NCBI RefSeq assembly: GCF_046119375.1 | Contig: NW_027362770.1 | Location: forward strand, 141,856,001-141,920,000 | DNA length: 64,000 bases | From: Phyllobates terribilis | Taxonomy: Eukaryota | Direction: 5' to 3' | Shown here: positions 47,991 to 60,760 of the stretch, piece by piece | Layout: each line of letters opens with the position of its first letter | How positions within the stretch are numbered: the stretch's first letter is position 1 | The notes under the pieces: model-generated | Seen by the model: the letters and a program-made list of their open reading frames with translations, nothing else | Database searches by the model: none | What the model was told of the DNA's origin: nothing | Translations under genes and position numbers: made by a program

Positions 47991-50189
47991 TTTTCCGAAA
48001 TAACTTTTTCTTGCATATAGGCTTAAAATAATTAAAATAAACCTAAAATACTGAAATATCCTTCATAATTTAAATGGTAAAATACACAAAAAAAATAGAA
48101 AAAAGTGCACATATAAAATAAAATTCTAGTGTTACGTTACATTTTAGGCTTTATTTTTCCAGTATTTTCGGAATGCAACAAGTTTAATAAAATTGCAGCT
48201 GGGGAATTGTGCGGATAATTACATATTCCAGTTCCAGCCTCCACTAGTAGTAATGGACTTTTCACTTGTCACATCTGACTTCTCCTCTAAGGTTTGACGC
48301 TAACCATCCTTTTCACAGACTTTTGAGTCTGTCATGCCATCCAGCTATAGAGAGGCCTGGTGACAAGTCCTGGAGTGACTACAGCAGGCCTGGGACCACT
48401 AAATAGAGAGAAGGAGGCACTTAGCTGTTTAGTCTACCAATCAGATTGGTGACGAGAAGTCTAGAGCTCAAGAATTGAGATGAAGATGCAGCAATTCCAG
48501 TAGTGTGGGAATAACTATAGGAGGCTGGTCCTAAGCCCGTATATATGTTAACCCTTCTATATACTGTATATTGCCTTTATATATATATTTTTTTCAAAAA
48601 TAAAAATATACATTTTTTTTTTAAATTATAAATAAATATTGGTGAAATAAGATATTTTCCATTTGCACTACCTTAGTTTTATTGTATTGAATAGTATTTC
48701 AATATATTGTTATTAAAAAATATTTGATTATTGTTATCTCTTTTTATTAACTTTAGATTTTTTGATTGATGCCGTTTTTTGTTTTTTTTTTATAAATGCA
48801 TTTATTTCAATTTTATACTTTCATTTATACAACATGGATAGTCCAAAATTAAGGTGTAAAACATTAGTATACATAAGAAGTAGACATATACATTTCCCCT
48901 TTAAATAAAAAAAAATCCTTTCTCTTTCTTGTGTTATTTTTATTATATTTTTAAGTTACTAATTAACATTTTATTTAATACTATACTTAATAAAAATAAT
49001 AATAATAATAAATATTATTATTGTTTTATATATTTTTATTTTTTTATTTTCATTTTTTTGTTCAAGTTATTTTGTTATTATTGTTATTTATTTATGCATT
49101 ACTAGCATCTTTCATATGACTAACCAAAATTGGAATTTGCATACACACTGATTATTTCTATAAATTAGGGATTTTAAAACATTTCCTAATAGCCGTTATT
49201 GATATTTTATACTTTTTCCACTTTTTGTTTTACTTTTTTATTGGTGATTTTATATGTTTCTATATAGCTATGGTTATGAATTCAAACTTCTGAATCACAG
49301 GAAAATTGAGGTAGGATTAAATTTGGAAAATGAAGAGTAAATTACAATTTGCATACCAGGTAAACTTCAAGGGGTTGTACAATCATTTTTAAATATTCTA
49401 CAGAGTAATAATAAAGAAAGTCCTTCATTTATAACTTTATATTATATCAGCTACAGAAAAAATTCTATATTTACAAGATTTCATGTAATGTGTAATACTT
49501 CATTTTCCCTGTGGAGGCGCTGCTGGTAAATTAAACACTTGTTGCTAGATATCAGCAAGAGTATATACATGTAATTAGATTATTTTTGGGATATTCTCTA
49601 AAGAAACGTGAACAATCCCTTTAAAGCAACTGCCTTTGGAATAAGAAGCACTTATGTATAGCCATGGGCTGAAGAACGTGTGCATTTTAAAGGGAGATAT
49701 TCATCTACACTTCTATCCATAGGACAGGCCATAAATGACTTATGTGGTATAAAGGGTAAAGTTTCGGCTTGGGGAGAGGGCCAAGTCGGCGTAGGTAGAC
49801 TCATAGGACATGCAATGCTCCAATGGGATTTAAATATGCAAATATACTCTTCAAAGAGGAAGAGGAACTTTAGCACCACATATTAGATGTGACAGTCCTA
49901 AAAGTCAATACTGACCCTTCAATGAGGCTTGCCACATGACTTAGGATACCAAACAGAACCAGAAACTCATTTTGAAGATACGTGTTTCATTGTGTTTGCC
50001 TCTCATCGGTGCAAAGCAGAAGAGCTGATTTAGCTGAATGAGAGGCCTCTGGCAGAAGATCTAACCAGGGAACATTTCTCCTTGTGGAGAGTGCCAAGTC
50101 GGCGTAATAGGTCATGCAATGATAATCTGGGAATTTAAATATACAAATAAGCCTCTTCAGGTGGCAATAGAGTTCCATTCCCCTTTCTT

Positions 50190-50365
50190 TTTGAAGATGA
50201 TAAAAGTCTTATAGATGTGACTCCCACCTCTGGAAAACCTGGGTCTTGTAAAGATGATAAAAGTCTTATAGATGTGAGTCCCATCTGTGGAAAACCTGGG
50301 TCTTGTAAAGATGATAAAAGTCTTATAGATGTGAGTCCCACCTCTGGAAATCCTGGGTCTTGTAT
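50190..50365. repeat. 57-bp tandem repeat (~3 copies)
   Basis: AAGATGATAAAAGTCTTATAGATGTGA.TCCCA.CT.TGGAAA.CCTGGGTCTTGTA is repeated. Confidence 0.85.
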
Positions 50366-53300
50366 TTGTTACTAGGACTATTCGAGAAAATGTGCCTACA
50401 TGGGTGCCTATGAACCTGTTGATGGTACAAGGGATGCTTGGTTAGCGCTTTGATTTCCCACCAACTACACAACCCAGCTCCTAAATTATGGAGGGACAAG
50501 ACAGTTCAACCCTGGGAGATACTTGGGTGTAGACAGTCTCGAAGGTAAGACTTAAGTTCTTGGTGACCATTTGATGAGAATGGGGGCCTCCTATTTTCTC
50601 CACCAACAGTAGATCACACAAACTGTGATCTCCATGTAGAACCCATATAGGACTGATTGGAAATCATTTTCCTTTATACCCAACAATGCTTACCCGCCTT
50701 TTGATCTTCCAAAGACAGAAGAAAATACTGTCATATTTCTGGCAGAACTTGCTCGTCTACATATATAAACTTCATCCTCCATACAATCCAGTGTGTACTT
50801 AGAAGGACTCTTTATAGTCGCACTTTGATGTGATTTAATAAACATGGAAAACCATGGACAGCATCAAACACAAGATTAAGAAAAAAATAGTAATAACACG
50901 CGGTGACAGGAGTTTGATCTAAAGTAGATGAGGTCACACGTTTTCCATTCATTTCACTTACAAGTTTCAAAAATTGTTGGTGGTACCGATATAACAAACG
51001 TAAAAAGCATAAATGTTTGGATATCTATAGCAGGCGCTCCGACATTTACTGAAATCACTGTAGGAACAGAATAAATTTAGGGGTACACATAGTAAAACCT
51101 AAATTGTTAATTAAATATATTAATAAAAAAATTAGTATTCCCTTAGAGGGTCTGTTGTAAAAAGGAAAAACCCTTTTTCAAGTAACCTATTAGGGTATTT
51201 CTGGTGGATTTCGCATGGAATATGCCTGAAAAAGCATTGTAAAACTCATATTTTCTTCACAACAGAACACAGATCAGAAGGTGAATGTTGGACATTCGTT
51301 CATTTCATTTGAAAAAATTAACTCATTTAGAAATGAATGGCAGCAACACATTTCAAAAAAGTTGGGACAGGGTTAACAAATGGCTGTAAAAGTAAGTGGT
51401 GCTGATGAAAAACACATGAAAAGTCACATGACTGTACAAAAAGGGCATGTTAGAGAGGCAGAGTCTCTCAGGAGCAAAGATGCCAACTTTTTGGAACATG
51501 AGCTGGGCTTACCTGGGATGGGGTTTGGTCACAGACGGCTGACAAATTCATCGTAATTTAGGCCACTTTAGTGAAATGTACTACAGTCTATGACCAGAGG
51601 TTGTGGCGCACGGCAGCTGAAACATGCACCAAATGTCTTAAAAGGTGCCTCAAACAAGACTTGATGAATCAGGGACTTTCACAGCCTACAGGTGACTATG
51701 TAACATCTCCAGAGTCCTACATATATTGTTAATGCATAAGCAAATCTTCTACCCCATCTATGGACAGTGTGGGGGAGACTGGCGAAATAGAAGAGAATAT
51801 GTCTGCCTGCTATAGTTTTTTAGCTACATGATTTGTGGCCATGTATTTAAGGCAAAGTTTACAGAAAACTCAACCACAAGAGTTCTGGTTATCATGACTG
51901 GTGTTGAGTTAATGCTGCTTGACAACACTCATACCACGTCATGAAATAGCTCTCGGACTGACCTGTAATGTATGGCGATACGTGATTTACATATTTCTTT
52001 ATCAGCGAAAAACGTAGAAAATGATTTTGACCCAGGGCTGCACACAGGTGCGCGAGGAAATGTTTGTTTCTTTTGCCAGTTCAGCACTAACAGGTCGGGT
52101 CCAATATATAAACTGTGCGGAGTATTAACAGTATACACTGTCACAGATGTTTTGGCTACGCTTCTGAGTTAGATTATAGCAATGAATGAAAAGTGTGTCA
52201 GCCACGTAAGAAAATTTTTTTTTGTCCCTGGTCTAGTAGATATGCAAGTCTAGTAGGTATGTGACATAGAAAACCCATTAGCAGCAAACACAACCAGTTT
52301 TCTTTGCCTCAAGTCACTTTGGGTTCATATCTCATGATGGACATCAAAACTAAGAATCTACTTCGATTTAGTGACTTGTGCTATCAAGACAAACATTCTG
52401 GAACCAACCAAAGGCATTCGGGAAAGACAGAATTAGAGTCTGTTCTGCTCGGAAGTCACGGCACCGCTGCAGCCAATCTCAGAGAAACATCCGATGGTGT
52501 ACTCTTTGAGTCACCTAAAGACCTCTGCAGCCAATTACAGGCTGCAGTGGTGCTGGGACTTCTGATGCTACTTCCGGAGCCAGTGGAAACCTCACGGATC
52601 CACAGGGGGAGCTGGAATGTGATCATGTGTCCATTTATTATATTTAATCAATTCATGATTAAAGAAAAAATTAATTTACTGTTGGACAAGCCCTTTGACG
52701 GTATTGTTCAAGACTGTGATACTGATGATTTATCATTAGGAAAAGGTCAACTTATCAGTTTGGTTGGGGTCCGACATCCAGACCGCTCAACCGCTATTGG
52801 AGGCTGTGGCCGCTGGAAGCTTGCAGTGTAGGGAGCCAGAACACCAACGATGCATACACCATATAGTGGCCATTCTTTGGTACTGCAGCTTAGAAGCTGA
52901 ACTGTAGCACCCAAGAATGGCTACTACATGGCATACAAAGCTGTTGTATTGGTGCCTACATACTTTGTAAAATTCTGCGGCCGCAGCTCCAAGTATCAGA
53001 TTCGAGGAGGGGCTGCAGCATGTAGGAGCACCACCGAATTAATATTGATGACTTATCCAATTAATAGGTCTTCAATCCTGAACAATCCCTTTATAGACGT
53101 TGCTTAGGATTTTCAGTTGCCTGCTACTCAACTTCAGCCATAGGTCTGTGATGCAGTACCGGATGAAGCCACACATGAATGTATGGCACTGTGCCTGAAT
53201 AAGCAATTAAGGGTTGATGGCATTCAGACATTATTCTGTTGATTATGGACAATTCTTCTAAGTATTGTTAGGCTCAAGAGCAGACAAACCATATGTGCAG

Positions 53301-53631
53301 TCTGTGCTCCTGCACCGGCGCCCTATAAGAAGGGACACTCCACAATAAAATAATTTCCTTTTGTCCACCTCGATTGCATGTGATAAATATTTTTGTGATA
53401 TATCTGAGAAATTTGTACAAAGGTGAAGAATTTGTTAAGGAATCAAGAATGAAGATACAGGGACCTGCCTATATCCATACTCCTTTGATAATCATGTGAG
53501 ACTAGAGTGGTTCTGCAATATTCTGGTCAGTTGTGTAATATTAACTAATCTTTACGCCTAAGCTTTTATATGTGCGTATTAAACAGGTTATTTTTATTGC
53601 CATGTTGTCCTCATGTTTCATTGCACCAAAT

Positions 53632-53969
53632 AAATTAATAATAACTCCGACACTCAATAATTTTTGATTTGTAAAGAATTTTTTCAATTTAGAATTTTTT
53701 ATTATTCATATTAAACGACCCATGAATGCAGATACATAGCATCAACGTTTCAGCCTACAATGGCCTTTTTCAAGGTATTCTTTGGATCGCACACTTGTGC
53801 TACGGGACCCTACTACCACCAGATACCTTGAAAAAGGCCATTGTAGGCCGAAACGTTGATGCTATGTATCTACATTCATGGGTCGTTTAATATGAATAAT
53901 AAAAAATTCTAAATTGAAAAAATTCTTTACAAATCAAAAATTATTGAGTGCCGGAGTTATTATTAATTT
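53632..53969. repeat. Palindrome: ~146-bp inverted arms (about 3 mismatches) with a 45-bp spacer; Penelope-like terminal sequence suspected
   Basis: Arms 53632-53777 and 53823-53969 are directly visible, and each carries TTGAAAAAGGCC-N6-GGCYGAAACGTT. The family call is an inference. Confidence 0.8.
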
Positions 53970-54133
53970 CTTTGGATACTTTATTACTCCTGGCACAGTC
54001 TATAAGATAGTGAGCACCCAATCTGAAAATTCATGCACCAAATGTTATCCAATGTGGTGGCATTCAGCTTTGCAGGTTGGGCAGGGTGACCGAAATTAAG
54101 GCATGTCACTTTAGTGCGGGGCGTTGGTGCAAC

Positions 54134-55343
54134 TGACGCGCCCCCTGGGCCGTGTGCAAGGGATACCCGGAGCCGGATCTCGATGGGGGTAGTAGTCCTT
54201 GTGGCGGTGACCCGGTCCGTGCCCAGGGAGTCAAACTGAGCGGCAGTCTATGGCAGTAGATGTTAATTTGATCGACTACGCCACCCGTTGAGTGCGGCTT
54301 TGAAGCCGCCGCTGCAGAGCAGTCCGCTGAGGCCGGTGGTATATGTGCAGCAGTGATGGTATAACCCCCAACGGGAGAGGTATGGCCTCAGGGCAGCAGG
54401 TGTGGATGATGGGTGTAGTTATGTTGTAGAAAGGAGAGGCAGAGACGTGAGATGCAGTTTCAGGGTTTTTACTCACTGATGTTGCTTTAGTCACTCTGGC
54501 CTTCAGTGACCACCCGAGCCGTGCTGCGCCCACCAGGTGCGGGACTCGGCTAACTCCCAGGCAATTCCGGAGCGTGGTCCTGAGCTTCCCTCTCACTCTC
54601 TTTCTCCTGGCCGTTCCCACCAGGGATCCACCTTTGGCCGGCTCCCTCGGGTCTCTTGGTGGTCAAACCTCCCCTGGGCTCCCTGACCCTATGCTTGGTG
54701 TGCCTTTCTGGTGGATTTGGTGAGGGTCGTGGCAAATCTTGACCACGACCTCCGGTTCCTGGCTGAGGATAAGTGGCCTCCACCAGTTCGGGTTCCGGTA
54801 CCCGTGTTCGCCAACCCTTCACCCTTTCTGGTCTGTTTCTGGGTTCTTGGGGTTCCCTCTGTCTTTCTCTCTGGGTCCTTCTTACTCCTCTCTCTGCAGG
54901 CCTTGCTCTGGAGCTGGGCCCAGCCGGAGCCACAGCTCCCTGTCAGCCCTCCTGGCTGAGCTCCTCTGCTCTGCTTCTCCTCAGGCTCTCTGACCAAAGA
55001 CCCTGTCCTAAGATGGTGCCCACCTTATATACTCCCTCTATGTGTGAACCCAGGTGACCAGCACCCAATGGGCTCCTAGCTTTACCCAGACTACTCCCCC
55101 TATCTGCCCCTACACTACTGGGATGTTCCACCCCCCTCCCACTCCAGCCAGGGACAGACGCTGTCGTACCTGCACATATACTGGTGGGAGTACCGTTGTT
55201 CTGTCCCCCGGAAATGGGATGTATGTAGTGCATGCAGCCTACTAAGCTCAGTTCCACACTCCATCCTTACCCGGGAGTGGAATACCACACCTCTGGCTTG
55301 AGGTGTAATACCCCTGTAGCAGCCGAATCCTCAGGGTGCTACA
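54134..55343 (-). mobile_element. Solo LTR (1210 bp), element-3 subfamily
   Basis: The reverse complement reads TGTAGCACCCTGAGG...GGGGGCGCGTCA, with a perfect 4-bp TSD CAAC (54130-54133 and 55344-55347). Confidence 0.93.
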
Positions 55344-55672
55344 CAACGTTGCTGGGCAAATCTAGTCATGCCCTGATGTTGTTTGGGGAGGTGGTGCTGA
55401 AGAAACTTTATAAGGTGTAGATTAGCTCCAAAAAAGGGTCAAAAGTAAAGTAAAGGCGCTATTGGATAATTAATTATCCCTACAGATCCAAACAATAGAG
55501 ACACAACCATCCCCCCTGCAAAAATACAGGACAGACAGCACTCCTGGCATCCCGCCAAGTGGTGATTAGAGACTTCTTCAGTTCTTGTTTGCTGTAGCTA
55601 AGACTGCACCTGTTCCTGAGATTGACCCAAAGAATGTAGAAAAACGATTTAAAGAGTTAGACTTTTACTTAA

Positions 55673-56079
55673 AGAGAAGTTTTGGATTTTTTTTTTACTT
55701 AAATTGAGTACCTCCTTCAACTGGGGCTACTTCACTGATTTTGGAACAGTTTTTCCTTTTCTTCTGTGCACCTTCATTCCAAAGTTATGCCCCCGGTAAG
55801 TAAAGGTGCAAATATACCCTCCAAACAACTGGGTGTTTACCACAGGACTTCTCTGTGGGCGTTTGCTTTTGCTCCTCTGAAGCTGGCCAATCAAAACTTA
55901 GAGAAGTTCTACGGTATACGCCCAGTTGGTTGAAGGGAAAATTTCCACCATTATTACTGGGTGGGCGCATAACTTTGGAACGGAGGAGCACAGAAGAAAA
56001 AGGAAAACTGAATCAGTGGAGCAGCGGAAATTGTAGAAGGTATTCAGATTAAATTAAAAAATCCAGTGAAAGGTCCGCT
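55673..56079. mobile_element. T2/Kolobok-type MITE (uninterrupted relative of 7643-10763)
   Basis: TTAA-flanked. It shares CTGATT.TGGAACAG...CCAAAGTTATGCCCC and AAAAAATCCAGTGAAAGGT with 7643-10763. Confidence 0.65.
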
Positions 56080-57567
56080 TTAAGCTGAGTTTACACAAAC
56101 GATGGCGGCCGTTTTAAACATATCTAGAGATTTGCCAATCCTCAGTTAGTAACCAGCTTAGACAGGTCAACTGCACTTCCCATGCACTCAGAACAACCAG
56201 TAACAGAGCCTTCCATGCACTTAGGCTGTCGTTGACCTGTTTACACAGGATCATGTGCTGCCAAATGATAATTTTTAAGCAAGCGTAAAAATAATTTTAC
56301 CCTACGAACGAGCACTTTAACCCTACGAATTATCATTCATGATAATCAGACAGTGTAAATGCACTCTTATATAGTAGCCACCTCTCCTAAGTGACACTTT
56401 CTTTATTCTGTAGGAGAGCTATTTTGCATACTGTTTCCCATGGAGCATTGCCTGTAAAGACCCCCATACATATTATTGCTGATATCACCAATTGTCTAAT
56501 GTGAATGGGCGTTCCGGACAATTTGTTGGGTAAAATATCAATCCAGTATGTCACGGCAGTAACTCGCCTTCCTCCTAAGCGCCGCCCTTCTCCCCATGTC
56601 AGGCCGTCTGGCAGAGTTTTGCTTCTTGCAGCGCTCCTCAGCACTGCTGCATCTGCATGTGGTTTCCATTTAGCTTTAGGTGGCGTGGCCAATCTCTGCA
56701 GGAATTTAACCCTGCTGTGTTCTACAGAGATTAAGTTCCCTAGCCTATCCTGTGCCAGCAGGGTCTATCTTAGGTAGCTCCTCCCATCACTCCTTGCCCG
56801 AACATTGGTTCTTAGTCTGCTAGCACCCCTTTATACATTTCTCCATATACTGTTTCCCGTTATCGACCCGGCCTGCTTACCCACTCAGTTTGACTTCTCC
56901 ATCCCTGACTCCTAGGCACGATGATCATGCAGTGTAACTGGACCATAAGGCCTCCATAAACATGAAATAAAAATGGCCAGAAAAAGATCATTCATTGCAG
57001 GAGTGGACAGAAGAGTAACACTTACCTCTTGTGCAGCAGTGCGGCTGGACAGGTTGGACAAATGGTATGTCCACCACTTGTTCATTGATGTCAAACACAT
57101 CACAGACTACATTGGCCAATACTGGATTTTATTCCATTGATGATTCAGCCAGTTACAAAAAAAAATCCAACATGTCTGAATGGGGTGTTGAATCATCATA
57201 AATAATTTTCTGTTTGTCGATAGTCAAAATGAACAATCACCGACATACATACAGGGGTCTCTGCTGAGGACTGCTTCAGGGTTTCCATTGGGATTCCCAA
57301 AAAACAGTTTCTTGACAAAAAAAACATCACAACTCCAACAGAGCCATTCACTATTATTCTTCCGACTTAGTCACTTAGGACACTTTCTTGCAGAGTTCAT
57401 CTTTTATAGAACTATACAACAACATGGCTGACTTAAGGTAAGTTTACTTTAACCTATTTGTGGCATTAATCGACGTCTGATCAGAAAATATTTACCGATC
57501 GGCAGTCATTTAATAATCAATGGAGAACGACATCATGATCGGAACAATAGAAGGAACAAGGTAAAGA

Positions 57568-57830
57568 GGAAGACCAGCCACCCAATGATGAAAAGGAAGA
57601 CCAGCAACCCGATGGCGAAAAGGAAGACCAGTAACCCGATGGCGAAAAGGAAGACCAGCAACCCGATGGTGGAAAGGAAGACCAGCAACCCGATGGCGAA
57701 AAGGAAGACCAGTAACCCGATGGCGAAAAGGAAGACCAGCATCCCGATGGTGAAAAGGAAGACCAGCAACCCGATGGCGAAAAGGAAGACCAGCAACCCA
57801 ATGGCGAAAAGGAAGACCAGTAAACTGATG
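57568..57830. repeat. 27-bp minisatellite (ATGGCGAAAAGGAAGACCAGCAACCCG, ~9 copies)
   Basis: Direct inspection. Confidence 0.92.
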
Positions 57831-59797
57831 GCTTGATACAATCAAAATAATGTCGGAGAAGACCCTGGTGGACCTATCTAAGCTTGCACAAGATTGATCT
57901 TCCTACAGAGCGTTCATCCATCAAGTCACCATGGCTGGAGATTGAGCTGATAAATAATAATTATTAATAATAATAATGAATTATTAATTAGACAGGCACA
58001 CCGAGCTTAACGACGTAGTAGATCGTTCAGTGCGCATAGGCTGCCATTGTTCTCGATAGTGAGAGTCCTGTTTACACAAGATGATGTGCTGTCGAGAACG
58101 ATGATCATTTCACCCGACGAACGAGCGTTTTGCTCATCCATCGGGTGATTGGTAGCCTGTTTACCCTGCAAGATTATCGTGAATCAAGCTCTCCTAGGAA
58201 TGCTCGTTCACGATAATTTTTCAGTGTAAATGCACTTGGTGCTATGTAGTATGATTATTTTTCTAATTCTCTTGCCCCTTTGCTTTCCTTTCCATTAGTT
58301 CATGAATATTTCTGTGCTTTGTAAACAAGGGTTTGGGCTACTATAAGTGTCACAGGCTAATGAGTCTTTATCTACCCTTCTAAGATAGCTTCTAAGGTAC
58401 CATTGACCCTTTACAGCTGATTCTTAATCTTGTTTTTATCATTATCAGTAAACCTCATTAATGCAATGATGTTTTGCTCCCCTCACCCTCTTCCCCCACA
58501 CAACCGCTCCCCCTCATACTAAAACTAAACCAAAGTTTTCTGGACTTTATCTTAAACTTTTTTCTTTGTAGTACCCCCAAAAGAAGCTGAAGGAGCGCCA
58601 AAAATAATTTTAGGTTGATTATTCCTGGAGATACAATATGGCCACGGTTGGTGTATTTGAGAAGTCAGTACACACAAGAGAAGTGCATTAATCCAGTTTG
58701 GTGTACCTTATCCAATATCCCGAAGAAAAGACAGATTAGTCTGTCTCCGAAGCTGGGTCTTATCTATGGGAATGGCAGGGGGCTGCAATCAAAGTGTTCT
58801 GCCGGGCCAAGAGAGATTAACCCCGGGGACCCGGAGTACAGTTCTCAGCTGGGCCCCTCTTAACACAACAGACGTCATACACTAATCAGCACACCTACAA
58901 GACTGTATATACACGAAGCATGGGCTTATATAGAATCATTTCATAAAAGCCCGATCTGGAGGATGACATCAAACTTCTTGCACTAGATTAACATTTGCGT
59001 TATTTTTTGGAGAAATTTTTATGGTGGCTTTTCTTTCTCATTGATGGTCTTCTAGGTCCATCTGTTGACCAATGCAGGGGCAGACATACCAATGGTGCAA
59101 GCTGGGCAGCTGCATAGGGGCCCAAGACATAAGGGGGCCATTATCACCACCAAAGAAGAAGAATACATTTGCAGCCATAAAAATCACTGCTAGATGTGTC
59201 CCTTCTGTCTAATTTGTGGTCCACTGCCTGTTGTCAAGTTTAATCTGTCTATGGCAGAAAAAATGCCTAGAACTAATACCGAAAGTGGGGACAGGACTTT
59301 TTATCTATTCTCCTGTTGTCCTGTTTGAGAGTCTGTATACAAGTATAAAGAAGAGGTGGTCTTTGGATTCAGGGTAAGCACGCTTTATAAAGAAAAAGGA
59401 ATTTCCATACACTTACGGTTCTGGCAGAATGCTGATAAAAAGGAACCGCCACTGAAAAAATTGCATGAGAAGCAGTACCTTTCCTAAACATATTAGGCCA
59501 TTACGTGTCCAAAATGCAGTTTTACCTTGGTGAATATTTTACTTTTTTGGGTTAGATGAACAGATAAGCATTAAAGTCTGAGAGGAGGAAGGACAATGGC
59601 TCTATCTTTTGATTTTTGTCTGGTGTTTTTTTGCTCCAAATTTTTCAAAATGGTGCACGTGGTTCATGAATTTTTGCACAAAATCAAAAATGATCTGTAT
59701 GTTTGGCTTCAATCTTTTTTGCAACTTTTTAGCAGCGAAAAAAAGGTCACATATTCTGAAAAATTTTTGCAAAGTATGTGCAAAAATGTTGGACGTA

Positions 59798-60760
59798 CAG
59801 TACAGACCAAAAGTTTGGACACACCTCATTTAAAGATTTTTCTGTATTTTCATGACTATGAAAATTGTACATTCACACTGAAGACATCAAAACTATGAAT
59901 TAACACATGTGGAATTATATACTTAACAAAAAAGTGTGAAACAACTGAAAATATGTCTTATATTCTAGGTTCTTCAAAGTAGCCACCTTTTGCTTTGATG
60001 AATGCTTTGCATACTCTTGGCATTCTCTTGATGAGCTTCAAGAGGTAGTCACCGGAAATGGTTTTCACTTCATAGGTGTGCCCTGTCAGGTTTAATAAGT
60101 GGCATTTCTTGCCTTATAAATGGGGTTGGGACCATCAGTTGTGTTGTGCTTTGCTGGTGACGCTGTTGGGGATTTATTCAAAATTGAAAGCATACTGAAC
60201 CAGCATGGCTACCACAACATCTTGCAGCGGCATGCTATTCCATCCGCTTTGCGTTTATTTGGACCATCATTTATTTTTCAACAGGACAATGACCCCAAAC
60301 ACACCTCCAGGCTGTGTAAGGGCTATTTGACCAAGAGGGAGAGTGATGGGGCGCTACGCCAGATGACCTGGCCTCCACAGTCACCAGACCTGAACCCAAT
60401 CGAGATGGTTTGGGGTGAGCTGGACCGCAGAGTGAAGGCAAAAGGGCCAACTAGTGCTAAGCATCTCTGGGAACTCCTTCAAGATTGTTGGAAGACCATT
60501 TCCGGTGACTACCTCTTGAAGCTCATCAAGAGAATGCCAAGAGTGTGGAAAGCAGTCATCAAAGCAAAAGGTGGCTACTTTGAAGAACCTAGAATATAAG
60601 ACATATTTTCAGTTGTTTCACACTTTTTTGTTAAGTATATAATTCCACGTGTTAATTCATAGTTTTGATGCCTTCAGTGTGAATGTACAATTTTCATAGT
60701 CATGAAAATACAGAAAAATCTTTAAATGAGAAGGTGTGTCCAAACTTTTGGTCTGTACTG
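59798..60760 (+). mobile_element. Internally deleted Tc1/mariner element, DD38E (Intruder-type) spacing
   Basis: TA|CAGTACAGACCAAAAGTTTGGACACACC...GGTGTGTCCAAACTTTTGGTCTGTACTG|TA with ~200-bp TIRs. Only the C-terminal transposase half remains. Confidence 0.92.
60148..60599 (+). pseudogene. C-terminal DDE transposase fragment
   Basis: FQQDNDPKH...WPPQSPDLNPIE with 38 residues between the catalytic D and E. The N-terminal DNA-binding domain and first D are deleted. Confidence 0.9.

Noticed and set aside
50962-51057. Candidate 96-nt host exon on the minus strand (TTCCTACAG| ... |GTAAGT; reads ISVNVGAPAIDIQTFMLFTFVISVPPTIFET)
   Set aside because: The splice signals look good, but I could not join it in frame to a neighbouring exon or recognise the peptide. 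RNA-seq or homology evidence is needed.
52304-52831. 175-aa ORF, and similar short ORFs at 51929-52144, 58615-58863 and 61131-61520
   Set aside because: No recognisable domain. They overlap MITE-like sequence or fall within chance ORF length.
56549-56920. Possible further solo LTR starting TGTCACGG
   Set aside because: No matching CA terminus or TSD could be located.
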